Of a stretch of 64,000 bases of DNA, positions 63,173 to 64,000 are shown one piece after another (the stretch's first letter is position 1; every line of letters begins with the position of its first letter). Below the pieces are notes generated by a model. The model made no database searches, was not told the DNA's origin, and was given only the letters and a program-made list of their open reading frames with translations. The stretch is from Shigella phage vB_SsoM_113, in the sequence record LR746311. One strand, written 5' to 3'. Made by a program: the position numbers and the translations under genes.

Positions 63173-64000
63173 AGTTTAACCTCTTTCATCACATAATTAA
63201 ACTTTTCATCAGCATAACGCTGAATACGATCAAGTCCATGTTTTAAAAGATAGTTTAAATGCGAGTATTTTTTAGAAGATGTTTTTGATTTAGAAACTAC
63301 GCCCGCGTCATCTATAAGATCCCAGACCGTTGCGATTGTTTTAGAACCATGCTTACGTAATACGCGACCTATTGTTTGCAATACAATAATTTTAGATTTA
63401 ACACCGTGTGCTAAAACAACGTGATGCAGATTTTTAACTGAAATACCAGTAGAAAATACACCATAACTAGCTACTATAATTATTCCTTTACCGTTTTCAG
63501 CTAAGGTTTTCATTACATTGCGGGTTTCGGTATCAACTTCCCCTGATACGTAATAAACTTTATCGTATTCATTTTTAATTAAATCGAAAATAGCTTTACC
63601 GTGCGATACGTGTTTAAACATGACAAAAGCATTTTCATCTTTTTGCGCAAGCTTAATAGCTAATTTAGCGATCCATTTATTTCTTTTACTGAGCCCAGTA
63701 ATAATTTTTATTTCTTCTTGGTAAGTTTTTCCCTTTAATTTAGTAGTGAACTCATCGGGATAGCGAAGAAAAATACTATTAATTTTTAACTCAGTTACTT
63801 GTCCATCTTCCATTAATTTAGAGGTCGTTACTGGCTTAAATATTTCACCGAACATTCCAACATACTGCATGATATTAGCTTTGCCATCGCGCAATGAACC
63901 AGACAAACCAAATTTAAACATACAGTTATTTAAACCTGATATGATAGATGAAATACTTTTTCCTGTAGCAAGATGACATTCATCATTCATCATCATTCCA
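63169..64000 (-). CDS. uvsW: UvsW helicase, C-terminal part (partial; N-terminus beyond window end)
   Basis: Helicase C-terminal domain motifs; open frame runs to the window edge; convergent with uvsY as in T4. Confidence 0.8.
   Translation of the reverse strand, partial: GMMMNDECHLATGKSISSIISGLNNCMFKFGLSGSLRDGKANIMQYVGMFGEIFKPVTTSKLMEDGQVTELKINSIFLRYPDEFTTKLKGKTYQEEIKIITGLSKRNKWIAKLAIKLAQKDENAFVMFKHVSHGKAIFDLIKNEYDKVYYVSGEVDTETRNVMKTLAENGKGIIIVASYGVFSTGISVKNLHHVVLAHGVKSKIIVLQTIGRVLRKHGSKTIATVWDLIDDAGVVSKSKTSSKKYSHLNYLLKHGLDRIQRYADEKFNYVMKEVKL

Overview
This window is a contiguous segment of a T-even (T4-like, Tequatrovirus-type) myophage genome, about 35% GC and densely coded. Gene order matches the T4 map read in reverse: 39 - rIIA.1 - rIIA - rIIB - denB - ndd - stp - ac - 52 - motA - arn - asiA on the + strand, then the late tail-fibre block t, 38, 37, 36, 35, 34 on the - strand, then rnh - dsbA - 33 - 59 - 32 - frd - td - nrdA - nrdB - denA - rnlA(63) - alc - spanins - pseT - cd - 31 - rIII - 30 (ligase) - alt on +, then the baseplate hub block 54, 48, 29, 28, 27, 51 on -, then 26 - 25 - uvsY on +, and a partial uvsW on -. 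Identifications rest on recalled T4 protein sequences, lengths and synteny; no database search was run. The phage is a T2/T6/T4 mosaic: topoisomerase gene 39 is contiguous (no gene 60 bypass), td and nrdB have no introns, and gp38 is the T2-type glycine-rich adhesin. The most unusual content is in the accessory gaps: two tandem full-length Alt-type ADP-ribosyltransferase paralogs, a NADAR(YbiA)-like ORF next to a HAD phosphatase upstream of ligase, an ORF-free GC-enriched structured region plus a small basic protein after rIII, a GIY-YIG and an HNH homing endonuclease, an extra ORF between frd and td, and repeated promoter/stem-loop cassettes.
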